From: Balanoglossus misakiensis | Lineage: Eukaryota; Animalia; Hemichordata | Reading direction: 5' to 3' | DNA: 64,000 bases | NCBI GenBank assembly: GCA_040954595.2 | Contig: CM082592.2 | Span: 10,192,731 to 10,256,730, forward strand | Shown here: in pieces, positions 13,401 to 25,210 of the stretch | Layout: every line of letters starts with the position of its first letter | Position numbering within the stretch: the first letter of the stretch is position 1 | Notes under the pieces: generated by a model | Seen by the model: only the letters and a program-made list of their open reading frames with translations | The model's database searches: none | What the model was told of the DNA's origin: nothing | Made by a program: the position numbers and the translations under genes

Positions 13401-15055
13401 GAGTCCGCAACAGAGATTCAGAATTTGAGCTACTTTGATTCGGTGACCGGTCAGTGGTACAGTTTGTGCGAAATGCCATTCGAGAGACTGGCCTATGGTG
13501 TCACAGTGATGGATAATTTTGTTTATATCGCTGGCGGGGAGAATCATAACGACTCCGACATGGATCCGAGTGGTTGCCAGTTCACCACAGCCCCCGTGTT
13601 CCGCTACGATGTCCGACTGGACCGCTGGGACAGCGTGGCTTCCATGTCTGATCCGCGGACTGATTTCTTCCTCACTTCTCTGGGCGGGCTTCTATACGCG
13701 GTCGGAGGACGGAACAGCCACTTCATGGCCGGAATCAACTCGGTGGAGTGTTACAACCCTCTGACCGATTCCTGGTCGTACGTCGCTGCGCTGCAGTCGT
13801 CCCTTTTCGCAATGGCCGGCACAACGTACGGCAACAAAATCTACATCAGTGGTGGGTGTTACATCCACACGGATCTGATGTACTCCAATGCTGTGCAGTG
13901 CTATGACCCGGCGACCGACCAGTGGACGGAGAAATGTGCCATGTCCCCTGTCTGTCCCGTTTCCTGGCACAGCATGGTAACCATGGACGATAAACTCTAC
14001 GTAGTTGGCGGCCAGCAAGTGCCTCTGGAGACTTATGAGAGCAAGTGCTCATACGAGCTGAAATGCTACGACCCGAAGAGCGACCGCTGGTCCAAATGCC
14101 AGGACATTCCGGCAGAGGAAGGCGACGACCCCAAAGCAATCATAGCCGGCTACAAGAGTGTTGCCAAAGACGGGAAAATCTACTGCTTCCATGGCGTGCT
14201 GTCCGAAGAAAACTTCGTCGTCAGAAAAGCGATCAAGTGTTACGACAGCAAAAGGGATGTCTGGGAGGATGGGCCCACAATGCCCAGAAATGGCTACCAG
14301 GCACTTATCAAAGTGGAGCTGCCAGTTTACATGCTGAAGCAAAAGAGGGATGAAGCACAGAAAGGAGCCACAGGTAGGTTTCGATCAGATACGACGAAGC
14401 ATGTACATGTACAATTGTCTTCTTGCCATTGTTCTCTCAAATATTATAAGCGGGGCCAGTTCAATGTAATTCCTTACTTTTGTAGCAGCGCAAGATTTGC
14501 CAGTGTGCGACAGCGTGCCTGTGAATTCAGAAAATACTTGTGAAGCTGATCTGGCAGTGGACGCTGACAGAACCTTAGTCAACACTCACCATGCTGAGCA
14601 ACTTCTGCAGGGTCTTCACGAACTCTTCTCCGATGGTCTCCTCTGTGATATCACCATGGCAACTGCATCTTTGAGCTTGCCCATCCACAAGATACTCCTG
14701 ACTCTTCTTGGTGATGTGGAAAACAGTCATCCCTCTGCCAAAGGTAAAGCTAGGCATTTATTTTTATTTGACTAGATGCAGTAGACATTTTTGTACTTCA
14801 AAATTTGAAATCTGAGCACCAGATTCTTCTCTTCAATTCATCTTCACAGATTCTGCAAACGAGAACGTAGCCAGAGAGGCAAGGACAGAGTTGGAACTGT
14901 ATGAACTTCCCAAGCCTTACCTGAGAGCTTTCATTGAGATGCTGTACACCGGGAAAGTGCCAAGTAGCTTCAGTGCTTCAGAACTTCTTGCAGCAGCCGA
15001 GAAATTGCAACTCAAGGCAGTTCTTGATACTCTCATGCAAGACCCACACATGTAA
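10413..15055 (+). CDS. Kelch-like (KLHL family) protein with two Kelch propellers and two BTB domains, ~1341 aa
   Basis: Exons 10413-11997, 12145-12931, 13071-13264, 13378-14373, 14486-14743, 14850-15055 total 4026 nt with all junctions GT-AG and in phase. Kelch repeats show the GG doublet plus (Y/C)YDP...W (e.g. LYAVGGRN...VECYDPWTDKW). BTB1 is [37 protein letters not shown], followed by BACK. BTB2 is HAEQLLQGLHEL..LLCDI...IHK...FIEMLYTG...LLAAAEKLQL. Confidence 0.85.
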
Positions 15056-17246
15056 CCTGAGTGGACGTTGTCATGCGTAAATGGAACTTGAGACTTTCTA
15101 AATGAATATCAAAATGTTCCTTTCGTTTTCTTTTTTTATTTCATATTTACTCAATACATTGAACATCTTGCTGATTAAAAAAGGAACACAATTTTATAAT
15201 TTTTTTTCCCAACATAGCAGCATTCAGAAGTTCATCTAAATTGTCAACACAAATGTTTGGATGTTCAAATATGTGGACCAGCCAATAAGCTTCAAACATC
15301 CAGCTTATTTGCATACTGAAAGGGCTTAAACAGGTGTGTATATTATCCACTTCGTTTGTTGTAACTTGCATAGTCAAATGTGAATAATCCACCAGTTTGA
15401 AAATGCCTGGATTTGAGAACAAGAAACAGGAAGTGAGAATATACTTTGAAGATACAGACAGGTGTGCCTATTATTATGCAAATAATCTGCCATCTTTGAA
15501 GCCTATCTGAAACATTTGATGTAGTACCTCTGTTTGAGGTAAACAATTCTACGCAAATATGATGATTTGAAAAACTGAGATATCATTGGTTGAAGCCACA
15601 TCACATGATACACATGACCTGCAATGGTTACAAGAACAGCAGATTGGACCAAAGACATCTAAACTTAAGGACGAAAAGCTTCACAATGTATCATAAATTG
15701 TTAAAAATGAGGACCGGTCAAAAACTGTCTGTGATGCCTGAATCAGAAATAGGTAACCGGTACCTCTATTATTTAGAGATTTTGAATTTATTGCGGTCAG
15801 GTTTCATGGTGGGCATTGTTTATGTAAAGTTGTATTTTGGAACATTTCATTTTCTTCAACATTAACAATTATTCACAAGCTGTACATCGATGTCACAAAC
15901 CTTCTAAAGCCCCGGTAACTGTAACACCAACCATTGCAGGAGATTACAATGGTTAATCAAAGGATACAATTGTTTTCTTCATAATTGCAGTTCCTGGCTA
16001 GTCGACCCATGCACATCAAATGCTAGAAAGAGAGGCAAATCACATTCGTACAACAATACACACAAGAAAGTTACAATTATCTAGCACTACAGCAGCACCT
16101 ATGGTCAATTGCTGACACCTTATATGTAAATTACTTCACTTGGAAAGAAATGTGATATGCTGAGAAGATGTCCTTCCACAGACAAGCATTTTAAAAACAT
16201 CCAAACTACATCATTAAATAACTACAGGAATCAGAGGTTACCTATACAACATGAAACTGAATAAACGATCTGCTTTTCGCATAAGGGTCATGTCACAAAG
16301 AAAATCAAGTTTCAAATACACAGAGAATCAAATGATGAAATCAAATGACATGATAAATATGTCCTCAGAAGGGAACAACATGACTTGCACTATTGCGCGA
16401 AGTGAAATAAATGGGTCTAGATCGGTGAGGTCTGGATCCTGAGCAAGGATAACACTAGCAGGATGAATAAATTAAAAAAGAACTATACAAGACTGGACAA
16501 AAATAAAACTATAAGAATTGATATACTGATCAAGTCAAAACAATCAGTCACTCACATGACATGAAGGATAAGTTGACACTTGGTTATTACATGTACTGTT
16601 TAAAAAAATTTACAAAATTAATTCATCTTCAAAAAACGAAAATGATTCACAACAAATTCACAATTGAACCGAGTTGTACAGTATTTAATACGGACAAAAT
16701 TCCTCCATTTTAAGCGCAAATGAATGCAGTTGATTTCCACTTGTAAATTAACAATCTTGGTTGATGCATTACTGGCACATACACCATGGAAAACACTAAA
16801 TATTTTTTTTACAAAACATGACGATCTAAATGTCTATTCTACTGGTACTATGTTCTACATCTCTCAATAAATATTTCACACAACATAAAACACTGAATAA
16901 TCAGTATTGCACTTACAAAAACTGCCCTACATAAGGCTGAGAGCTGCCAATTAATTTTTTAATTGATTGATTTTGACCTACTGTGCATACAAAAAGGAAG
17001 GCTGTCCTTTTTGATTTGCAGTGACAACAAAACATGCAGGGAATCAAATGGGAAGTTCATCATTGACTTTTTTTGCACTGCCTATATGTGACCAATCTAT
17101 GAATGCTGAAATATCCTTGTTAAAAAATTGAAATGAGTCTGTTCTTTGATTATCAAACAAACCGAGGATGGCCATGGATTGCTACGAAGACGAAGCAAAC
17201 ATACATCAGCTTCTGAATCCCCGGGGTGTTACTAACAATACTATTA

Positions 17247-18186
17247 CCGTATATTCTCACAAATAAGCGCCACTTTTTAACCATTTCAAATTTTGGTGGC
17301 GCCTAAACAAAGGCAAAAATGAGTCTTTCAAGAATCGGTGGCGCTTATTCATGGATCGCCCTGTATACTGTACTGTACCCTGTTGATTCATATGCAAATG
17401 ATTTGGGACGTTCCAATCAGTGTTCTCGTAATGGGGTGTCCGCAATGAATGAATGGCTGTTTCGAATTCATATGTAAAGTTTTAACATTTTCTATTCGAA
17501 TACAGTCAGTTCAGTGTATTGTCTAATAAATATTCCAGAAATAAAAAGTTGTCAACGAAGTGAATACTACGAGCAGCATTACAGTATGCTGGCTGAACCA
17601 TCAACAAAATCTACTGACGTATAGTGGTTTAGTCCAAGTGCGTCTTTGTCATGCTCTCACACATGTAAGGTCAGGCAAGGTTGCGTGAATACTCACGTTG
17701 CGTGAATATTCATGAGAAAATTAATACCGCAAACATTCACAACTTGAAACTAGTCCTATTATTTCAAAGCCCTGGCCATATGGTCAAACTTGGGTGGTAG
17801 TGCCGGTAACGTAAGCGGCTGCCGATCGATCGACAGGAAAAAGACGAGTGTCTAGACGCCCGGCACCTGTGTCTTTTGCAGTGAATAATAATTTACATAA
17901 ATTAGGAGGTTGACATGTGCCCGATTTCATCTTGTAAATAAATAGCACATCAGCCCAAAGCATGCATTGTCTGCTCAGGTCAATTATTATTCACGCAGCA
18001 AGCCCCCCGTTGATTTTGACAAGACCTCTAAACAGGTGTTACTCCGGTAGTACTTGCCATGATTCACGTATGTCCACACCTCAAAAAAAAAAAAAATTCC
18101 TGGCGCTTAATTTTAAGTAAAAAGTAGCAAAGTCAGGTACCACTGGCGCCTAATCAAGGGTGGCGCTTATTTGTGAGAATATACGG
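17247..18186. mobile_element. Non-autonomous Tc1/mariner-superfamily (Tc2/pogo-like) MITE, 940 bp
   Basis: Perfect 27-bp TIRs CCGTATATTCTCACAAATAAGCGCCAC (17247-17273) and GTGGCGCTTATTTGTGAGAATATACGG (18160-18186), each flanked by TA (target-site duplication). Subterminal TGGCGC(C/T)TA motifs are present. No transposase ORF. Confidence 0.92.
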
Positions 18187-18318
18187 TAATTTGATTTCAT
18201 GGATCCTGCCAATCAAACTTGAATGACAGGTGCTGGAGAATGACAAAATGAACAGAGAAATGTACATCTAAGGTTTATGGCAATATGCACTGGTCAGTAA
18301 TACATGCTGTATGCATTG

Positions 18319-21300
18319 CTACTTTTCTGTGAGCGAGAGCTGCAGAATTCTCTGGAGTTCTTCTTCCTCCTGTTGTCTCCTTCTCTCTTCCTCTTTTAAT
18401 TCCTTTTCCGACAATTCCATTGCTAGCTTGAGTTGGTCCTCTAGATCGTCGGTCCTGCAGCCGACAGACTGTGTGGTGGGCGGGGCAGGCAGTGGTCTCT
18501 GGGCCATCACTGGTCCATCACTACCGTTGCCTGTGGTGTCTCCTCTGTCTGTTGGTTCCTGAGACATCCTTAGGCTCTCTTGAATTGCCCTGATGCAATG
18601 AAAAATACTGGTGACTTAGAGGGTCTACTAACAGAAACCAAAATATTCTGGAGAATTGCCAGTCAGAGAACCAGCAGCACTATAAGGTCCAAACACTGTA
18701 ACCTTGTGTAATCTTCAATGAGATAAACCACACCACATCTACTCTACACAGGTTGCCTGGAGAGAAACTGAATCGAAATGCTAAACGGAAAGCATTTTAA
18801 CAACACTGCCTTCAGCACATGGATATTTTTAAATCTAATGACGTTGCCCTACCTTTGTAACATTCTGTCTTCATGAGCGCGTGCAGCTCCAGGGCGACTG
18901 TTATTCAGTGCCTCCCAAACTGTCACCTGTTTGATCATGAAACAAAAAGTTGAGGTTCTTACTACTTGATTCATAATGGACAATGATTGCATGTAAAATG
19001 GTATAGTACCTAAGCATCACATTTCTTCACTGACACTGACTAGAGTTTCAGCTTTACCTGATCATCTTCTGTACCTGCGTCTAGCAAACTCTGCTGGATA
19101 GCAAATTGCAACAAGTCATCGTCTTCGTCCCTCATGATTGGCTCCCGGTAACCATCGCCAAGACGATCGTAGCTCACTGGTGGTTCGAAGCAAGATGCAT
19201 CCACTGCACACAGAATGCGTGGGTGGGCTGCCTCGGGGGTTTCGCCGTTGCTCTCAGAGCCATTCTCATGAAGGCTGATCACGCCGGCAATGGCCTCTGT
19301 GCTTGCATTTAAGTTGCCGAATGTAATACGGGCGTTGAGGATGTGAAACAATGGAATTTCTGGGAAAAGAGGGAGTAAAATGGAATGAATCAATATCTAT
19401 ATCCTTTTCTATGATAAGAAGAAGATTCCATTGGGGCTTGAACATGGATTAAAGCAGGGATAAAGCATTGGTATGAAGTAATCAGCCACTCACCTATTTT
19501 GACGGGAAACCCGGCCGGTAATTGCAACGTTATGAAGTCTCTTAGTTTAGCAAAGTGGGCATTACTGATGGCCATCAAGTCAATAATTGGCAACACCTGT
19601 TCCTGGAGGGACAGTGGATGTGCCTCACATAGCCACAGGTTGGCCTTGAACTTCTGCACTTTAGTGCTGACTTCTTTTGGCCGACCAATGTCGCGCTCCC
19701 CAAGTTCAAAGTCAGGGTCGAAGTACTCCTCCGGTGTGATGGCAGTAGGGTTGGTTGGGTCGCTGCTTTTAGATACATTACCCTGAAGCAAAGAGATGGG
19801 AAAGGGTAAAATGGATTATTGAATCATGTGTTCATTGTTTAAAATAAACCAGGAAAAATATCTGTCCATCAGACTTTTGTTGGTTGGGTTTAATTCTATC
19901 ATGAGATGCGCCCTCTGTAGTCCACATGTCCAACATTTCCTGACCAACACACTCTGTGAAACTTTCCCCTAACGCACAAACTTACCCCCGAGGCAGCTTG
20001 GTGTTGCTCAGCAATTCCAAGGAATGACTGCAAAGGATTATGATTCTTGAGAGTGTCTGCACATTGGGGAAAGGATACTACGAATTAATCATCAAGTCAA
20101 AATATGTCAGGGTTGTATAGTCACTAAAAGAGGTGACCACTTGTCAGATGAAGTGAGAATTAAAAAAAATTGGTTAACCACAAGCTTTAATGTTGGAAAA
20201 TAACAAAATGGGAGCAAAAGGAATATGGGCCTTCTGTTTAAATTGCATCAGTTTGAGATCACGGGACACACTGAAGTGTTTAAATGGGAATGAAGAGATC
20301 CATCTGAATGGCTGTTTCCTGAGATAGCGCGTGGCAAACAGAAAGATAAAAAGCCAGGATTTATGCGTTTTCTAAGTGGGTACCAGACAAATGGCCACAC
20401 AGATTGGCTGATGTGATTATCCGACTGTTCAACAATCAATCTACAACTAAGTTAACGTGCAGCAAATAAAGAGAGACGATTGACATTATTAGATTTCCTT
20501 TCATGATACACATTGTCTGACAGTGAAGGGGGAATTCCATCTATCAAACAGCGGCAAGCAAGAGAGACTGCTGGAAAGTTCAGCGCAAAGGTCACCTTGG
20601 ATGCAGCACATATTTTTAGAATGGAATCATTACCTTTAGTTCTTTCCTTGTCTTCTTCAGTTAGATGCTCCAGCCGTTGCTTGGTAACCAGTTCCACATT
20701 GGAGGCACCGAACACCTTACACTCATACCCATTAATTCCCTCTACTTTATCGCTGCGCCATCCCCAGATACCACTTTTATTTCTGAAATACAATGAATTG
20801 TCCACAAATTATTTCAGGTAGACAGTAAGTAGTAAATGTTGAAATATGAATAAGGTAAATCCTGGACGGAAAACCAACTTCATGGACACACTTACCTGGT
20901 GAACGCAATTTTGCCAGTATCGATGTAGGTACACACGACAGGTGATGTCAGTCGCCCGGCAACCGTAGACTCCCTCGGCATCATGAGAGACAAGTCGAAA
21001 TCCGGACGTAGCTGCAGTTTCTCCACAAAGACTTGACATCGGTCATGATCCACCTCCATAAATGATGCTGTGTGTTCACCATCTGGGGCAAAACATAAAA
21101 AAGCAGTGACACTCACACTATATCTGTGTATCATGTTCATTATAAATACAATACATGTATGTCTAAACATCCACTGACGACATGAAACAAAGAGACAATA
21201 TGATTAGTCACGTCTCATACTGGAAGCATGTTTGAAGGAATACAATCGCAACCAACCTTCACCCTTGAAGATATAGCTTCTATTTCCCCGCTGCCAGGTC

Positions 21301-24300
21301 ATCTGGTCGAAGCCAAGAAGCGTTGTGTCCACTCTGACATTAGCACCGCTTTTATAAACCCTGTACACGTCACTCGGACACATCCTGGACACAAGAGGCA
21401 CTGATAAAATAAACACACAAACAAAATAATATCCATGAATGCAATTACAAGAACACAATTTCTAGAATGTTTGATAATATTCCTAGCAATTTTATTTCAT
21501 GAAGTCACCTTCTGTTGGTTGTAATATACCAGTAGAAATACAACATATTCCAGTATCACATATGGTTACATTCACAGTCGACATTAATTAGCAATTCTCA
21601 ACCATGATTCATCGTTGTGCTAAAAATAGGCAGAAGACTGAGTCATGGATGCAATGCAGTGTTTGAGTTGGTGTCAAAACCATTTTTTTCACAGTTGAAT
21701 GTTTATTACATGTAAGACGGCCAGGAGTCATTTATTAAACTGCTTCGACCAACCACACGAGATTGGTGTTGAATAGAATATCAAGTTACACCCAATTGGA
21801 AAGTCTGATTGAAGCTGCATGTCTTGGGGAAACTGGAATACATTTCCAAGATGGGTGATTCATTGCCTATAGTAGGATGAACCTCCTTGCTTTTTCTGTG
21901 TTGCCTCTTCAACATAACATGGCCCACAATGTTTTAATCTCTGTTGAACACGGATTCATTCTGATGTAAAAAAATTCTCATATGTAAAAGTCTAAACAAA
22001 GTATACAGATCTACATGTATGACAGAATGATATGAGCTGATTAAATATGTTCATACCAGTACAATGAAAACACAGATATCAATTGAATGTTGACTGTTTC
22101 AAACATACAAAACTGCCTCATTTTTGTTTGATTCTAACGGGTAACAGTAAATTTACATCGGATGGCTTCCAGGAAAAATTCATGGATGAGTCATAAACAA
22201 ATTAATTTCAGAGACATCTCCATGCTTCCAGAGGCAAACTTCGACACTTGAGAGTCTGACCAAAGATTTAAATGGCTAGCCTAGAGAATCGATCATTTTC
22301 CATGGAATATTCTCAGGAGTTCATGCGACCACTTCGTTCGAAAATTTTAGCATCAATTTTAATACTGGTGACAGTTCATTTTGTATGCATGTTTGCAATC
22401 TTCTGTTTTTTTATTTTAGTGGAATACTGTACATCTCTAACGTTTATATGATTCATATTGCCATAGCAACAATACCCCTCAGAACACAACTTACCCCAGC
22501 TTGTAAATTCCCACTTCATTTCAACGTAAAAATCAGGTGCCTGTGGAGGAAAGACGATAAAATCCAATCAGACTGAGAGGATTTAGCCGTGATCGAATGT
22601 ACATTCATTCAATCAAACAGTGCCTTGTTCATACCTTGATCAATTACAATTACTGAGTGTCATGCGCGGCACAAATGCTCCCTCCAAGGATTTGAGAGAG
22701 ACCGCATGCTGCGAGCTAAAAATACACACAAAACCCTGTTCTCTCTCCCCCCTCCCCCCTGAGCCTCTCCCCCCTCTCTCTTCTCTCTCTCTCATCTATT
22801 TATCATAAAACTTAACATCAATTGTATTTTCAAACTTACTGCTCTTAATTTTTCTAGAAGTTCTGGAATACCAGCCACCCTGGCTGAGGCTCTCTGATAA
22901 TCGCGGTGTTGGAGAACGACTTGCACCAACTCTGGATCGCCTGTGCTGATTGCCTCCTGTAAAACTGACAAAACAAGAATTCATCTTTCAGTAGGGCTAC
23001 AAACGTAGTGATGATATTATAAACCTTTATCTTTCTGTCTGACAGTGTTTAAGATTTAGTGTCGTTTCCAATTCCCACACTGTTGCTGTTGAGTCACTTT
23101 GAACTGGCCACCTTATCTTGTCATGTGTGCCACCTCATCAGTTTACGCTTGCCACCTCATCAACATGCATTTGCCACCTCATCACTTTATGTTTGCCACC
23201 TCATGAGATGTGCGCTAGCCACCTCATCACTACCTGCTGAACAGGGATGCTTTCAACCATCCTTGAGGCAGCCACAAAGTTGTCAGCTACTGCAAGAGTT
23301 TGATTTTTGGGGATTTTATTGTTGTCATCTGCCATTTTGAACATTCCCTGCAATTGATCATTTTCACATCCACTGGAGATCTGCGGAAGATTAATTGAAA
23401 GCACCCCAATTTGACTCTCATCTCATACACTTCTTTCCATTTTTGCCCAGAAGCTCAGCTAGCACACAATGCACTGGTGCATTGGTTTCAGGACAGTCAC
23501 CCATTTGGCATTATCCACCCACACACTTTCCAAACCACAACAATTACTTGGCACACTTTAATATGATTATATTACGATCCAATTAACACTATTAAACAGT
23601 GGATCTTGTTAATGCGATCATATAATAGGCCTTACAAATAAAATATGTCATTCATGACAGGTGTCTTCTCTTTAGTGGGGGATTATTTCAATTGCAGTGC
23701 CTTCAATGACGTGTTTCCTTCAAGCTTAACAACTAAGCCTAAAGAGAGTAATCAAGACCCCCCTTGGTAGGTCATAATAAAAATATCATAGTTCAGAAAT
23801 AAGAATGAGACAGTATACACGTATGCACTGAAGGGGGACTCAAGGTGACCTCGATTTTCAATCACCCACTGTCAGAACTCGTAGTCTAAGATTTTTCCAC
23901 TGTGGGGAAATGGGAAATGAATTCAACGAACAGAGAAACGCATGCCCCAGGCTGAAAGCAATTTTTTTCAATGCACTCTCCACCATTACATATGAATGCA
24001 ATGGATTATGCATTACCAGTACTTTCACATTTCACCCCCAAAGATAGAACGTTTATTTACCATTCTACAGAACACAACATCTTCTGTGCACAGATACAAA
24101 ACTTCACTGCCATTTAGAAGCGTTCATAGAATATGAGCTATGCAGTTCTATAAGTAGGCTTTTACATGGCCAGGCCTACTCTTAGCTAACCATCACAATA
24201 CAAATGATCCTCCCACTTAATTTTCAGTGAAATTGACAGTGAAACATCTTTCATCTAACAGTTTAAAGAAACATTTTTTGACAGTGCGGATGTGGGCAAT

Positions 24301-25210
24301 TTGTTTCCATTCTGGTCACCAATTTTCTCAAGAGAATGACTGCATAGAATCTCAAACATTGTGAGGTGTGCTTTGCATTACAATCAGGGGTTACTGCTGA
24401 GACTGTCATAAAGTACTGAGAGATTGATATGCAGGCAAGTCTCTTTAATGTTCTCAGAATATGTTTCTATGGCAACATGTTTCTATGGCAACATGTTTCT
24501 ACATATGCAGCTCACCTGTCCATCCTTGTCTGTTTTCTGTGTTGACAATTGCTTTGTTTCTTAGAAGAGTCCGCACGCTCTCCAGGTGACCCAAGGCCAC
24601 AGCCAGATGTAGTGAGGTCCTGCCTCGTGGGTCAACGGTTTCTACATCAAGCTGTAACATAGAAAGTAACAAAACGCATGTAAACAAGTGTACACATTAA
24701 TCAAAGGGTTAGGCGCTATGTTTGCCCCACTATTTTTTATTATCAGTAACTTTCAGTTACACTGCGGGGATGGTCAGTAGAATGACGCTGCCGAAAATAT
24801 CATTCAATGACCGATCCTGTTCAATAATACCACACAAGTCATCGACTCAATGAACGTTGATTGACTCCACCCCGCCCACTTTTGATGAAACAGTGGGAGC
24901 TGCAGGTAATTCCACATATTCATGTGTTATACCTCAGGTATATATAAGCAGAACTACTTTCGAGATGGTTTATAAACGCATGAAATATCTCAAGGGCACG
25001 CAACGCTGTGACATCGCACCGGTTACTGAGCACTGTACATGATGCAGCGACGCATCGCCCGGGGTGATGATGGCACAACTCGCGATCCTTGTTGATCATT
25101 GATGACCCATTTACCTCATCTTTGGTCAAGATTCTCTCCAGTTCTTCATAGTTATTGTGCCAGACAAGCCAATGCAGTGGATACAGCTCCGAAGGTTTGC
25201 CTTTCGGCAT
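18319..25210 (-). CDS. ANKRD13: Ankyrin repeat domain-containing protein 13 (A/B/D-type, with UIMs), 12 exons, ~629 aa
   Basis: Exons 25115-25210, 24516-24651, 22840-22964, 22495-22540, 21257-21400, 20896-21082, 20634-20782, 19986-20056, 19494-19782, 19058-19359, 18853-18926, 18319-18589 (1890 nt). Motifs: [68 protein letters not shown]. Four UIMs ([13 protein letters not shown] ... [16 protein letters not shown]). Confidence 0.96.
23107..23229. repeat. 22-bp period minisatellite with conserved GCCACCTCATCA core
   Basis: Six cores at 23107, 23129, 23151, 23173, 23195 and 23218, separated by 10-11 variable nt; lies in ANKRD13 intron 2. Confidence 0.8.
24461..24501. repeat. 16-bp tandem duplication containing X-box-like GTTTCTATGGCAAC
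   Basis: ATGTTTCTATGGCAAC occurs 2.5 times next to the ANKRD13 exon 2 donor. Confidence 0.7.

Noticed and set aside
10371-14775. Treating the Kelch/BTB ORFs as three or four independent genes
   Set aside because: Each ORF runs just past a consensus donor, and the downstream acceptors restore frame. A single spliced gene is more parsimonious, though unproven.
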